64,000 nucleotides of DNA from Roseiarcus sp. (GTDB lineage Bacteria > Pseudomonadota > Alphaproteobacteria > Rhizobiales > Beijerinckiaceae). A program made the position numbers and the translations under genes. Shown here one piece after another: positions 1-8,758 of this stretch (position 1 is the stretch's first letter; each line of letters begins with the position of its first letter). The notes under the pieces were generated by a model that saw only the letters and a program-made list of their open reading frames with translations, did no database searches and was not told the DNA's origin. The DNA is taken from the NCBI GenBank assembly GCA_036513315.1, contig DATBZF010000031.1, positions 65,304-129,303 on the forward strand, in the 5' to 3' direction.

Positions 1-247
1 CGCCGACGGGCAGGCGGATGCCTTTCTGCGCCTTGGCCATATCCTCGAGCTTCAGCGGATTGAAATAGCGCGCGATGATCGTCTTGGTGTTCTTGTCGGT
101 CGCGTTGATGATCCAGAGCACCAGGAAAAACGCCATCATGGCGGTCATGAAATCGGCAAATGCAATCTTCCACGCGCCGCCATGATGCTCTTCCTCATGG
201 CTGCTGTGCCGCTTGATGATGATGATTTCCGGATGCTTGTCGTCCAT
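1..247 (-). CDS. motB: Flagellar stator protein MotB, N-terminal part (gene continues past window start)
   Basis: Reverse translation from the ATG at 247 gives MDDKHPEIIIIKRHSSHEEEHHGGAWKIAFADFMTAMMAFFLVLWIINATDKNTK..., the conserved MotB N-terminal TM/plug segment. Absent from the ORF track because the window edge truncates it. It starts 8 nt after the upstream gene stop. Confidence 0.8.
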   Translation of the reverse strand, partial: MDDKHPEIIIIKRHSSHEEEHHGGAWKIAFADFMTAMMAFFLVLWIINATDKNTKTIIARYFNPLKLEDMAKAQKGIRLPVG

Positions 248-255
248 GGGCTCGT

Positions 256-882
256 TCATTCGCCGACGGTTTCGATATGATCGATCCAGGCCTGGAGCTG
301 GGATTTTATGATGGTCTGGTTAGCCTCGATGGTCACGTCGAGACCTTCCGCCGCGACATATTCGACCGCTACCGATTGCGACGACAACTGATCGCGCAAG
401 ACGCTCAGCAGCGCTTCCGGACCGGTGATCTTCAGCAGGGCGGGCGTATCGCGCGACAAAATCTTGGACAGGTTCTCCGAGAGCGCATCGGTGATGTGCT
501 TGACCCGTTCCTCGACAAGAAAAGGCTTCAATATCCGTGCGACGCTCTGCGCCAGACGATCTTCGATTGCCGCCATCGCGCCTTCGATTTTCTCAGCGAA
601 TTGCGCAATCTCATTCGCCTTCCAGGCAAGTCGCCACGCATTCTCCTGCGCCTCCCGATCCGTCTGCTCCAGAGACAGGGCGGCGGCCGCATCCGCGCGC
701 GCGATTTCCAGACCATCCATCTTTCCGCGCGCATACGCCTCCGCGACCCGCGCCTCGGTGTCGGCTGGCGTCGAGAGAACCCTTGGCCGCAATAATACGC
801 TGTCGCGATGGACGCGATCGGCTGGCGTCGGCTCCGCTCTGCCGAACTGGTTGAGATATTGAGCGATCGGTATCGGCCTCAT
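256..882 (-). CDS. FliH-like flagellar export/assembly protein (hypothetical, between fliF and motB)
   Basis: ORF 256..906. The likely start is the internal ATG at 882 (MRPIPIAQYL...), which forms an ATGA overlap with the fliF stop (879-881). It has an Ala/Glu-rich central helical region and a C-terminal LLKITGPEALLSVL... segment, loosely FliH-like. The assignment rests on position in the fliF-motB operon. Confidence 0.45.
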   Translation of the reverse strand: MRPIPIAQYLNQFGRAEPTPADRVHRDSVLLRPRVLSTPADTEARVAEAYARGKMDGLEIARADAAAALSLEQTDREAQENAWRLAWKANEIAQFAEKIEGAMAAIEDRLAQSVARILKPFLVEERVKHITDALSENLSKILSRDTPALLKITGPEALLSVLRDQLSSQSVAVEYVAAEGLDVTIEANQTIIKSQLQAWIDHIETVGE

Positions 883-2546
883 GCATTTTCTCCCTGGCGA
901 ATCCACTGCTTGAGGATAGCCGCGGCTTGCCCTTCATCGTAATCGACCAATTGTTCCAACTGCTTTTGCGGGTTCTTGTTTTTCCGCGCCAGGATATTGC
1001 GCAGCATGTCATCGCCCTCCGCCGGCTCGGGAAGAAGATTGTCGGCGCCGCTCTTTGGAAAATTGTCGACGATGGCGGCGAATTCGCCGCTTGCTGGACG
1101 CCCGTCAGGCAGGAAGGCGATCGGCGCTTCCTGATTGGACTTGGGCGTGGCGAGCAGCGCCTTAGTGGCCGGCCTCAGGCCAAACCAGATCAGCAGGAAG
1201 GCGACCAGCAGCACCGTGCCCGCGCTCACCAGCGAACCCGCCTGGCGCGTGATCTGTTCGATCAGCGAGGGACCCTCGACCGGCTCCAATTCCTTGCCGC
1301 TGTCGACGAAATCGACAACCGAGACCTTGATCGTATCGCCGCGCTCTTTGCGCAAACCGGCGGCCGATGTCACCAATTGTTCGATATCCTTCACCTGCTT
1401 ATCGATCGCTTCGGGCGTCGCTTTGTCGCCGAGCGAGGCGGCCAATCCGGCCCGGTTGACCAGAACGGCGACCGACAGGCCCTCGACGACAAAGCCCGAA
1501 CTGACGGTCGACACGGTCTTCGAGGATACTTCGTAATTCGTCAGCTCTTCGTTCTTCTTGGTCTCGTCGTTCGATTGTTTGGCGTCGTTGGCGGTCGGCT
1601 TGGCTTGCGGCAGATTGCGCTCGACCCCGGTGGGCGCCTGAGCGGTGGAGTTCTGGGAATTGGTGTTTTCCTTGACGACGCGAACCGAGCGCTCGACCCG
1701 CGATTCCGGATCGTAGGTCGTCTCGTTCACCTGTTTCTTGTCTGTGTTCAACCGGGCGGCCACGCTGATCTGGAAGTTGCGCAGGCTGAGATAAGGCGCG
1801 AGTGTTTTGCGAACCGAATCCTGAATATCTTGCGAGACGCTTTTTTCGAGCGCCAGCATGTTGCCGGGCTCCTGGTCGGCCGAATCCGATCCGGACGCCA
1901 GCAGCAGGCCGTCGACGTTCAAGACGGTGACCTCATTGACGGTCATTCCGGGCAGGGCGGCCGAGACGAGATGGCGGATCGCCTGCGCGGTGCTGCGATC
2001 GTCGGCCGATTCGGTGCGAATGACCACCGATGCGGAAGGAGGCTGGCGCGTGCGCCGGAACGAACCTTCATCGGCCATGACGATATGCACGCGCGCCGCC
2101 TTGACGCCGCGCATCATCTGGATGGTGCGCGCAAGCTCGCCCTCCAACGCGCGCACGCGGGTGACTTCCTGCATGAACGAGGTCAGGCCAAGGGAGCCGA
2201 GCTTATCGAAAAGTTCGTTGCCGACATTGTTGCTGTGCGGCAGGCCCTTTTCGGCCAAAGTCATGCGCGCCAACGCGGTCTGTCCGACCGGCACAGTGAC
2301 CGTCCCGCCGTCTATGCTGACGTCGAACGGGATGCCGGCTTCCTTCAAGGCCGAACCGATGCCGCCGACATCCTGGCGGTCGAGGCCGGAATAGAGCGTT
2401 TCGCTCGTCGGCCGGCTGAGGAAATAGCCGCCAAGGACCATGACGGCGACAACGCTGAAACCCATCAAGCCGAGAACGGCGAGCCGCCTCGCCCCAAGCG
2501 CAAGCAGATTGTTCCACAATTGTTGCGCCTGTTCCCACGCGGCCAT
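879..2546 (-). CDS. fliF: Flagellar M-ring protein FliF
   Basis: 555 aa. N-terminal TM, then LYSGLDRQDVGGIGSALKEAGIPFDVS...ALARMTLAEKGLPH...TSFMQEVTRVRALEGELARTIQ...ARVHIVM, the typical FliF/YscJ ring-building motifs. There is a second TM near the C-terminus. Confidence 0.95.
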   Translation of the reverse strand: MAAWEQAQQLWNNLLALGARRLAVLGLMGFSVVAVMVLGGYFLSRPTSETLYSGLDRQDVGGIGSALKEAGIPFDVSIDGGTVTVPVGQTALARMTLAEKGLPHSNNVGNELFDKLGSLGLTSFMQEVTRVRALEGELARTIQMMRGVKAARVHIVMADEGSFRRTRQPPSASVVIRTESADDRSTAQAIRHLVSAALPGMTVNEVTVLNVDGLLLASGSDSADQEPGNMLALEKSVSQDIQDSVRKTLAPYLSLRNFQISVAARLNTDKKQVNETTYDPESRVERSVRVVKENTNSQNSTAQAPTGVERNLPQAKPTANDAKQSNDETKKNEELTNYEVSSKTVSTVSSGFVVEGLSVAVLVNRAGLAASLGDKATPEAIDKQVKDIEQLVTSAAGLRKERGDTIKVSVVDFVDSGKELEPVEGPSLIEQITRQAGSLVSAGTVLLVAFLLIWFGLRPATKALLATPKSNQEAPIAFLPDGRPASGEFAAIVDNFPKSGADNLLPEPAEGDDMLRNILARKNKNPQKQLEQLVDYDEGQAAAILKQWIRQGENA

Positions 2547-2981
2547 TAAGTCCTCGCGACATTCTCACTGCTCGCCCCCACTCTTCACGCGGGAGCTTGC
2601 GCGGGGGTTGCCGGACGAAAGCGCCGCGCCGGCGAAAACGCGGCTTTGCGCTTCGGCCTGAGCTCAGCGACGGCCCTGGCGCGATCGGGCCGGCGTCGGC
2701 GTATTGGGGAGGGCGAACCGCGGCTTTCGGCGTGAGAAACGAATTGTTAACGAAGAGTGCGTGGGAGGCGTTTTGAACGGTGAAGTTCATCGATTCTTAA
2801 GTCCGGCGATGCAGAGTGACCCAGTCTGATCGACATTGATCGCCAAGCGGCGCGATGCTTCAGCGAAAACACGACGAGTTAGGTTCGCAAGGCAGAACCT
2901 ATAGGCATCATGCCGTTTCGTCGTACCGGTGCGAGTCCGAATGTCTCCGACAGTGTCAAGCTATGTTCAGGAAGCGCACCC

Positions 2982-4106
2982 ATGTCCTCACTTCTCACAA
3001 ACGTCTCTGCTCTCACCGCCCTCCAGTCTCTCGATATGACGCAGCAGAATCTGGCCACGACCCAGGCCCAGATTTCGACCGGCCTGAAAGTCGCCAATGC
3101 TTCCGACAACGCCGCCTATTGGTCGATCGCCCAGAGCCTGCAGGCCAACACCGGCGTCATCGGCGCGGTCAACGATTCGATCGCCCAGAGCCAGTCGATC
3201 ATCGGCGCCGCGACGGCGGCGATCAACAACGTCATCACCACCATCCATGCAATCCAGACCGCGCTTACCGAGGCGGAATCGCCCAGCGCCGATATCACCG
3301 CCATCAACACCACCCTCGCTTCGCTCGGCCAGGAACTGACCTCGGCGGTGAACGGCGCCTCCTATAGCGGCCTCAACCTGCTTAACGGCAGCCAGACAGC
3401 CGCGCTGAACTTCGTCGCTGGCTATAACGTCAGCAGCACCGGCGTCGCCAGCTTCAACACCATTTCGCTGACCCCGACGGCCTTGACCGGAACCGGCGGC
3501 ACGTCGTCGACGACGGTAGAGCCCAACATCACCGACACCGACACGATCACCAACATCGCCGCCCTGGTCGCCAACACCTATACCGCCAGCTACGGCGTCG
3601 ACGCGATCACCACGACCGCCGATTCCACCACCGTCTCCTCGGTGAGCCTGTCTGGCGTGACGACCACCACCACCTACAGCGGCCTCGACGTCAACGGCAA
3701 TGCGACGACGCTCGCCCTGGCGGGATCGGGCGGCGGTTCGCTCAGCGTCTCGGTCGTCACGACGCCGCCCGCCGGCTTGTTCACGCAAGGTGCGGACGAT
3801 CTGACCGCCCTAACGACGAGCACGGCCACAGCGGCGGCGCAGATTACCGAAGTCAACACGGCTCTGACGGCGATCACGAGCTATTCCTCGATCCTCGGCT
3901 CGGTGTCCAACACGCTCGCCAATGCCGCGACCTTCAACACGGCTTTGTCGGACAATTACACCACCGGCATTGGCGCCCTCGTCGACGCCGACATGAACCA
4001 GGCTTCGACCCGCCTGCAGGCTCTGCAGACTCAGCAGCAGCTCGGCGTTCAGTCGCTGTCGATCGCCAACCAGAGCAGCCAGCTTATCCTCAAGCTGTTC
4101 CAGTAA
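2982..4106 (+). CDS. Flagellin (alphaproteobacterial type) with Thr/Ser-rich central domain
   Basis: The ATG at 2982 (MSSLLTNVSALTALQSLDMTQQNLATTQAQISTGLKVANASDNAAYWSIAQ...) gives a canonical flagellin N-terminus, so the track start at 2910 is probably too far upstream. The C-terminus is DADMNQASTRLQALQTQQQLGVQSLSIANQSSQLILKLFQ. The middle is rich in T/S/G runs. Confidence 0.93.
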   Translation: MSSLLTNVSALTALQSLDMTQQNLATTQAQISTGLKVANASDNAAYWSIAQSLQANTGVIGAVNDSIAQSQSIIGAATAAINNVITTIHAIQTALTEAESPSADITAINTTLASLGQELTSAVNGASYSGLNLLNGSQTAALNFVAGYNVSSTGVASFNTISLTPTALTGTGGTSSTTVEPNITDTDTITNIAALVANTYTASYGVDAITTTADSTTVSSVSLSGVTTTTTYSGLDVNGNATTLALAGSGGGSLSVSVVTTPPAGLFTQGADDLTALTTSTATAAAQITEVNTALTAITSYSSILGSVSNTLANAATFNTALSDNYTTGIGALVDADMNQASTRLQALQTQQQLGVQSLSIANQSSQLILKLFQ

Positions 4107-4167
4107 TCCACGCTGAAAGCATGCGGCGGGCCCCTCGATCGGCCTCGCCGCCTTCGACAAACATCAG

Positions 4168-4203
4168 GGCCGCGCTCCTTCGCAAGGGTGCGGCCTTTTC
4201 CTT
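4168..4203 (+). terminator. Rho-independent terminator after flagellin
   Basis: GGCCGCGCTC/GGGTGCGGCC forms a stem of about 10 bp (2 G-U pairs) with loop CTTCGCAA, followed by TTTTCCTT. It sits between the convergent flagellin and TPR-GT genes. Confidence 0.55.
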
Positions 4204-4267
4204 GAGCCCCGCATTTAACGCGAACCGCTGATGATTCTGGCGCGGCGCGGCCCGCGAGTCGCCGTCG

Positions 4268-6763
4268 CTAAGCCGCCTCGGCGGCGCCCTTGGCGTCGTC
4301 TGCCCGGATTTCGAGCGCGGATGGGGGCTCTCCGGCGCGCCATCGATTCCACATCGCCCTGAACGCCGCTTCGAGTGTGGGCGTAAAGAGGGCGCCGTCG
4401 CAGAGCGGCGATTTGGTCATGCGCGATCGCAACGAATGCCGCAACGTCATGAGACGATCCGGATCGGCCGCCAGTTCTGTTGCGCATCTCACATATTCTG
4501 TGGGCGAGCGCGCCGCACATTCGCCTAAGCCGAGAAGATCGAGAAATCCGACGGTCTGGCGCGACGCTGGCCGATCGCCAGGCATCGTCGTCACCGGAAC
4601 TCCCATCCACAAGGCTTCGCAAGAGGTGAGGCCGCCGCCAAAGGGGAACGGGTCGAGCGCGACGTCGATGTCGCCATATTGCGCCAGCATTTCCAGATGC
4701 GGTGAAAAGCCGCGAAGCTCCAACCGTTCTCGCGCGACGCCAGCGGCCTGGAAAGCCCCGGCGAGGCGGTTGCGCACGCCTTCATTGTCGAGCGATTTCC
4801 ATTTGAGCAGCAATCTGGAATTCGGCGTCGCCCGCAGCACCTGGGCCCATAGCTCAACGACGCCGGCGCCGATCTTCGCGACATTGTTGAAACTGCCAAA
4901 TGTGACGTAGCCCCGCGCGAGCGAGGGAGGATCGACCGGGCCGGGGGCGTAGTCTGGCGGCGCGTAGCAGAAACGACCGAAGGGAAGACGGACGATCGCC
5001 TCGGTGAACCAGCGTTCGTCGCCAGGCGGCGCGGCTGCGTTATCCATCAAAGAATAATCCATCGCCGGCAGGCCTGTCGTGCCGAAATAGCCGAGCCAGG
5101 ATGCCTGGACGGGCGCCGGGCGCAGCGCGAACATGGGAAGCCGGTTCTTGGCTGAATGGCCGGAAAGGTCGATCAATATATCGATGCGGTCGCGCTGGAT
5201 CATCGCCGCGCAATCGGCATCGGACAGGCCGACGATGCGGCGCCAATGATCCGCGGCGCGCTTCAAGCGTTCGGTGACGTGGTCGACATTGGCGCTGTTA
5301 GCGTAGCAGAAGATTTCGAAACCTGCATGATCATGCGCTTCGAGCACGCGGGCGAGCAGGAAACCGACGGGATGCTGCTGGAAGTCGCCGGAGACATAGC
5401 CGATGCGCAGACGGCGCCCGGACGAACACTCGTTCGGGAAGCTTGCCCCGGCTGCGCGGCAAGCGAATTTGTCGCCGAATCCGCGCGCCGCGGCGAAGAG
5501 TTCGGCGCTCGAAAGCCGATCCGAATAGTGCTGAGTCAGCAAGAGATTGCTGTGCGCGCCGGCAAAATCGGGCCTCAGCGCGACCACGCGTTCGTATGAT
5601 TCCAGCGCCTCCTCCAGCCGTCCCTGGTGTTTGAGGACATTGGCGAGATTATTGTGCGCCTCGGCGAAATCTGGCTTCAGCGCGAGCACGCGCGCGAAGG
5701 ATTCGATCGCCTCGTCGAACCTCGCCTGGTCTCCAAGCGCCGTGCCCAGATTATTGAGCGCTTCGACGTAGTCCGGTTCGATGGCGAGCGCCCGACGATA
5801 GGAAGCCGCCGCTTCGTCGAACGCGCCCTGGTCGCGGAAAACATTGCCAAGATTGTTATGCGCCTCGAGGTAGTTCGGCTTGATCGCAAGCGCCTGGCGC
5901 AGGGAAGCGATTGCCTCGGGGAACTTGCCTCGGTCCTTGAGCGTAACGCCGAGATTGTTGTGCGCCTCGGCGAAGTTAGGGTTCAGCGTGAGCGCTCTCG
6001 CATAGGAGGCAGTCGCCTCGTCGAGCCGGCCGAGCTTGCGCAGCGCGTCGCCAAGGTTCCTGTGCGCGTCGGTGAAGTCCGGATTCAGCGCCAGCGCCCG
6101 GCGATAGGATTCCAGCGCGCTATCCAGCTCATTGCGATCCGCCAGCACGTTGCCCAGATTGCTATGCGCGTCCGCGAAATCCGCCCTAATCGCGATTGCG
6201 CGTCGATAGGATTGCGAGGCCTCGTCGAGCTTGCCGCCGTCCCTCAGCGCATTGCCAAGGTTGTTATGCGCTTCGACATAGTCCGGCTTGATGGCCAGGG
6301 CCCGGCGGTAGGAGGCGATCGCTTCGTTCAACTCGCCCCGCTCTTTCAAAACGATGCCGAGATTGCAATGCGCATCGGCGAAATCGCCCCTCAGTGCGAT
6401 CGCCTGCCGATAGGAAGCCATAGCTTCGTCGAGCCGGCCGAGCCCCTTCAGCGCATTGCCGAGATTGCTATGCATCGCCGGATCGTCATTGCGCTGCGAA
6501 ATGGCTTTGCCGATCAAGACAGCGGCGACGTCGCTGCGCCCGACCTGAAACGCCAGCGCGCCAAGATAGTGATTGGCGTCGGCATGGTCGGAGTCGATGG
6601 CGAGGATTTCGCGATAAAGCTTCTCGGCTTCGGCGAGCCGGCGCGACCGGTGATGGGCGATAGCGGCGGCGAACAGCGCCGAAATCTTCGCGCTCTGCGC
6701 GCGCTCCGCAGCGTCGACCAGATGGCCCTGTCTCGCCGCGGCGCGCCGCTGTTGTCTATTCAT
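4268..6763 (-). CDS. TPR-repeat protein fused to an O-linked GlcNAc transferase/SPINDLY-like (GT41-type) glycosyltransferase domain
   Basis: 831 aa. The N-terminal ~400 aa are many tandem 34-aa TPR units (recurring A..Y..AL.L.PDF.(E/D)AH.NLG..L). The C-terminal half has segments typical of bacterial SPY/OGT-family proteins (RIGYVSGDF..HPV, DILIDLSGHS, ASWLGYFGTTG, VTFGSFNN..K, DPFPFGGG.TS.EALWMGVPV). It starts 43 bp downstream of fliP on the same strand. Confidence 0.85.
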   Translation of the reverse strand: MNRQQRRAAARQGHLVDAAERAQSAKISALFAAAIAHHRSRRLAEAEKLYREILAIDSDHADANHYLGALAFQVGRSDVAAVLIGKAISQRNDDPAMHSNLGNALKGLGRLDEAMASYRQAIALRGDFADAHCNLGIVLKERGELNEAIASYRRALAIKPDYVEAHNNLGNALRDGGKLDEASQSYRRAIAIRADFADAHSNLGNVLADRNELDSALESYRRALALNPDFTDAHRNLGDALRKLGRLDEATASYARALTLNPNFAEAHNNLGVTLKDRGKFPEAIASLRQALAIKPNYLEAHNNLGNVFRDQGAFDEAAASYRRALAIEPDYVEALNNLGTALGDQARFDEAIESFARVLALKPDFAEAHNNLANVLKHQGRLEEALESYERVVALRPDFAGAHSNLLLTQHYSDRLSSAELFAAARGFGDKFACRAAGASFPNECSSGRRLRIGYVSGDFQQHPVGFLLARVLEAHDHAGFEIFCYANSANVDHVTERLKRAADHWRRIVGLSDADCAAMIQRDRIDILIDLSGHSAKNRLPMFALRPAPVQASWLGYFGTTGLPAMDYSLMDNAAAPPGDERWFTEAIVRLPFGRFCYAPPDYAPGPVDPPSLARGYVTFGSFNNVAKIGAGVVELWAQVLRATPNSRLLLKWKSLDNEGVRNRLAGAFQAAGVARERLELRGFSPHLEMLAQYGDIDVALDPFPFGGGLTSCEALWMGVPVTTMPGDRPASRQTVGFLDLLGLGECAARSPTEYVRCATELAADPDRLMTLRHSLRSRMTKSPLCDGALFTPTLEAAFRAMWNRWRAGEPPSALEIRADDAKGAAEAA

Positions 6764-6806
6764 TCGCGCCTCATCGCCAGACGGTGCGTGGTCGTTGCGC
6801 GCACCG

Positions 6807-7541
6807 TCAATTGACCGACCGCACGAGACTGCCGATCAATAAATTCCATCCGTCGATCAGAACGAAAAAAAGAATTTTGATCGGCAGCGAAATGACCGAG
6901 GGCGGCAACATCATCATGCCCATCGACATGGTCAGCGTCGCCACGATCATGTCGATGACCAGAAACGGCAGAACGACGAGAAAGCCGATTTCGAAACCGC
7001 GTCTGAGTTCTGAAATCATGAACGCGGGAATAAGCAACCGCAGGTCAATCGCCGCTTTATCGTTGATCTGGAAACTGCCCTTCGACAGATCCTCAAACAG
7101 GTTGAGGTCCTTGTCGCGAACCTGCGCAAGCATGAACTCGCGAAAGGGTTCCGTGACCTTGCCATAGGCTTCCTGCTCGGTGATGGAATTGTCCATCATC
7201 GGTTTCAGGCCATTTTGCCAGGCGCGATCGAATGTCGGCGCCATGACGTAGAAGGTCATGAACAGCGAGAGGCTTATCATCACCAGATTGGGCGGCGAGC
7301 TTTGCAGTCCGAGACCCGAGCGCAGGAACGACAGCGCGACCACGAAGCGGGTGAAGCTGGTCACCATGATCAGCAAGCCCGGCGCGACGGACAGGATGGT
7401 CAATATGGCGACCAATTGGATGATGCGCCCGGTCGCCGAAGCGCCGCCGCCGGGGATCAGCGATCCAAGATCGACAGTCTGGGCGTTCGCGGCGGCGCTC
7501 GTCAGGACCAGCAGAAGGGCGGCGACGAGAAGGCGTTTCAC
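6807..7541 (-). CDS. fliP: Flagellar export apparatus protein FliP
   Basis: 244 aa with a signal peptide. It carries highly conserved FliP motifs (TSFTRFVVALSFLRSGLG, PPNLVMISLSLFMTFYVMAP, IPAFMISELRRGFEIGFLVVLPFLVID). Confidence 0.95.
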   Translation of the reverse strand: MKRLLVAALLLVLTSAAANAQTVDLGSLIPGGGASATGRIIQLVAILTILSVAPGLLIMVTSFTRFVVALSFLRSGLGLQSSPPNLVMISLSLFMTFYVMAPTFDRAWQNGLKPMMDNSITEQEAYGKVTEPFREFMLAQVRDKDLNLFEDLSKGSFQINDKAAIDLRLLIPAFMISELRRGFEIGFLVVLPFLVIDMIVATLTMSMGMMMLPPSVISLPIKILFFVLIDGWNLLIGSLVRSVN

Positions 7542-7987
7542 TGAAGCACCAGGGTTCGGATGACCAGTTCCTTCACCGCGCCGTTCGAGCGAATCGCGAC
7601 GCGCTCGTTGAGGTCCTGCCGCAGGTTCTGCAAGCCGGAAATTCCCTGGATTTGCGTCAATGTCGCGGTGCGCAGGAAGGCGAGAATGTCGTCAGAGATC
7701 TGGGCGCCCAGAGCTTCCGGATGCGGCACGGCTTTTTCGTCAAACAACAACGACGCCTCGAGCCTGATCCATGTGTCTTGCGGCACGCTGAGATTGGTGA
7801 CGATCGGTGGAAGGTCGAACATGCCGGAATTGGCCGGAAGGCTCGCCGCCGCCGCCGGCTTCTCCTCGGCGCGCGTCTCCTTGTCGTGGCGTTCCGCGCC
7901 TGGCGCCGCTATGCGAAGGCCATAGAATCCGCCCGAAGCGCCCGCCAGCGCCGTCACGATCAGCATGGCGATGATGATCTGCTTCAT
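7538..7987 (-). CDS. fliL: Flagellar basal-body-associated protein FliL
   Basis: 149 aa with a single N-terminal TM. The FliL-like C-terminal domain reads FDLPPIVTNL....IRLEASLLFD...DILAFLRT. Its stop overlaps the fliP start (ATGA at 7538-7541). Confidence 0.85.
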   Translation of the reverse strand: MKQIIIAMLIVTALAGASGGFYGLRIAAPGAERHDKETRAEEKPAAAASLPANSGMFDLPPIVTNLSVPQDTWIRLEASLLFDEKAVPHPEALGAQISDDILAFLRTATLTQIQGISGLQNLRQDLNERVAIRSNGAVKELVIRTLVLQ

Positions 7988-8065
7988 CGGCGCGCCCGTT
8001 TGGTGGGGCGGCGGGCGGGCTGGCGCATCGCGGTATGAACGGTCATCTGGGTCCGGTGGCGAAGG

Positions 8066-8758
8066 TCAGAATGGCTTCAGGCGGTCGTAGATCTGCTGGC
8101 CCCAGGCCGGCTGCTGCACTTCGTCGAGTCGCCCGCGGCCGCCGTAGGAAATGCGCGCCTCGGCTAGCTTGTTATAGGGAACCGCATTGTCCCGATTGAT
8201 ATCGCCCGGCCATACGATTCCGCTGACCGTCAACAGCCGAAGTTCGTAGTTCACGCGCACCTCCTGCGATCCGCTGAGCAGCAGATTGCCATTGGGCAGC
8301 ACGGCGGTGACAATCGCGGCGACCGAAACCTGGACTTGCTCCGAGCGGGCGATATTGCCCTGGCCCTGAAAAGTGGATGTGGACGACAGGTCATTTTTCG
8401 ACGAGCCGGAATATTTGAGGCTCCAATCGGCCTGAGCGGTGGCGGTAGCTGTCGCCGATCGGCCGGTCGTGTTGCCCAAGGTCGCCTGGTCGTTGATCGC
8501 GATATTGACCGTCACGACATCGCCGATTTTCGACGCACGTTGTTGTCGATAGATCGTCGCGCCGCTCTCGACGAACAGGGATTGCGCGGAACGGGCGGCG
8601 GGCGGGGTGAAAGCGACGATCGCTGGATCGGCGTTGGTGGCGAGTCCGGCGCCGACCGGCGTCATATAAGGTTCGCGACCGATATCGGCGGCGCATCCGG
8701 CCAGGCCGAGGCAAAGCGCGCCGGCGGTTACGAAAATCCCACCGCGACTTTTCATCAT
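8066..8758 (-). CDS. flgH: Flagellar L-ring lipoprotein FlgH
   Basis: 230 aa with lipobox LGLAGC. FlgH motifs are present: IGDVVTVNI, LLLSGSQEVRVNYELRLLTVSGIV.P.DI...N.V....LAEARISYGG.G. Confidence 0.93.
   Translation of the reverse strand: MMKSRGGIFVTAGALCLGLAGCAADIGREPYMTPVGAGLATNADPAIVAFTPPAARSAQSLFVESGATIYRQQRASKIGDVVTVNIAINDQATLGNTTGRSATATATAQADWSLKYSGSSKNDLSSTSTFQGQGNIARSEQVQVSVAAIVTAVLPNGNLLLSGSQEVRVNYELRLLTVSGIVWPGDINRDNAVPYNKLAEARISYGGRGRLDEVQQPAWGQQIYDRLKPF

Noticed and set aside
927-2549. 540-aa plus-strand ORF covering the whole fliF locus. Similar long antisense ORFs occur elsewhere (for example 15981-17210, 17050-18009, 18830-19993, 26642-27646, 32032-33771, 38719-39939, 45778-46866, 53289-54725, 60392-61618, 61762-62871, 62868-63887).
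   Set aside because: Each lies exactly antisense to a gene with strong family motifs. Their products are Arg/Gly/Asp/His-rich low-complexity strings typical of stop-codon-poor frames in high-GC DNA. I recognise no independent motifs in them.
2203-2790. 195-aa ORF spanning the fliF 5' end and the fliF-flagellin intergenic region.
   Set aside because: It overlaps the fliF N-terminus antisense or out of frame. Its product is Arg/Pro-rich with no motifs. The region is better explained as divergent promoter DNA.
2780-2860. Possible sigma28-type flagellin promoter (TAAG...GGCGATGC around 2793-2820).
   Set aside because: It is only a partial resemblance to TAAA-N15-GCCGATAA. The spacing and the -35 element do not fit well enough to call. 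Rhizobial-type flagellin promoters may use different factors.
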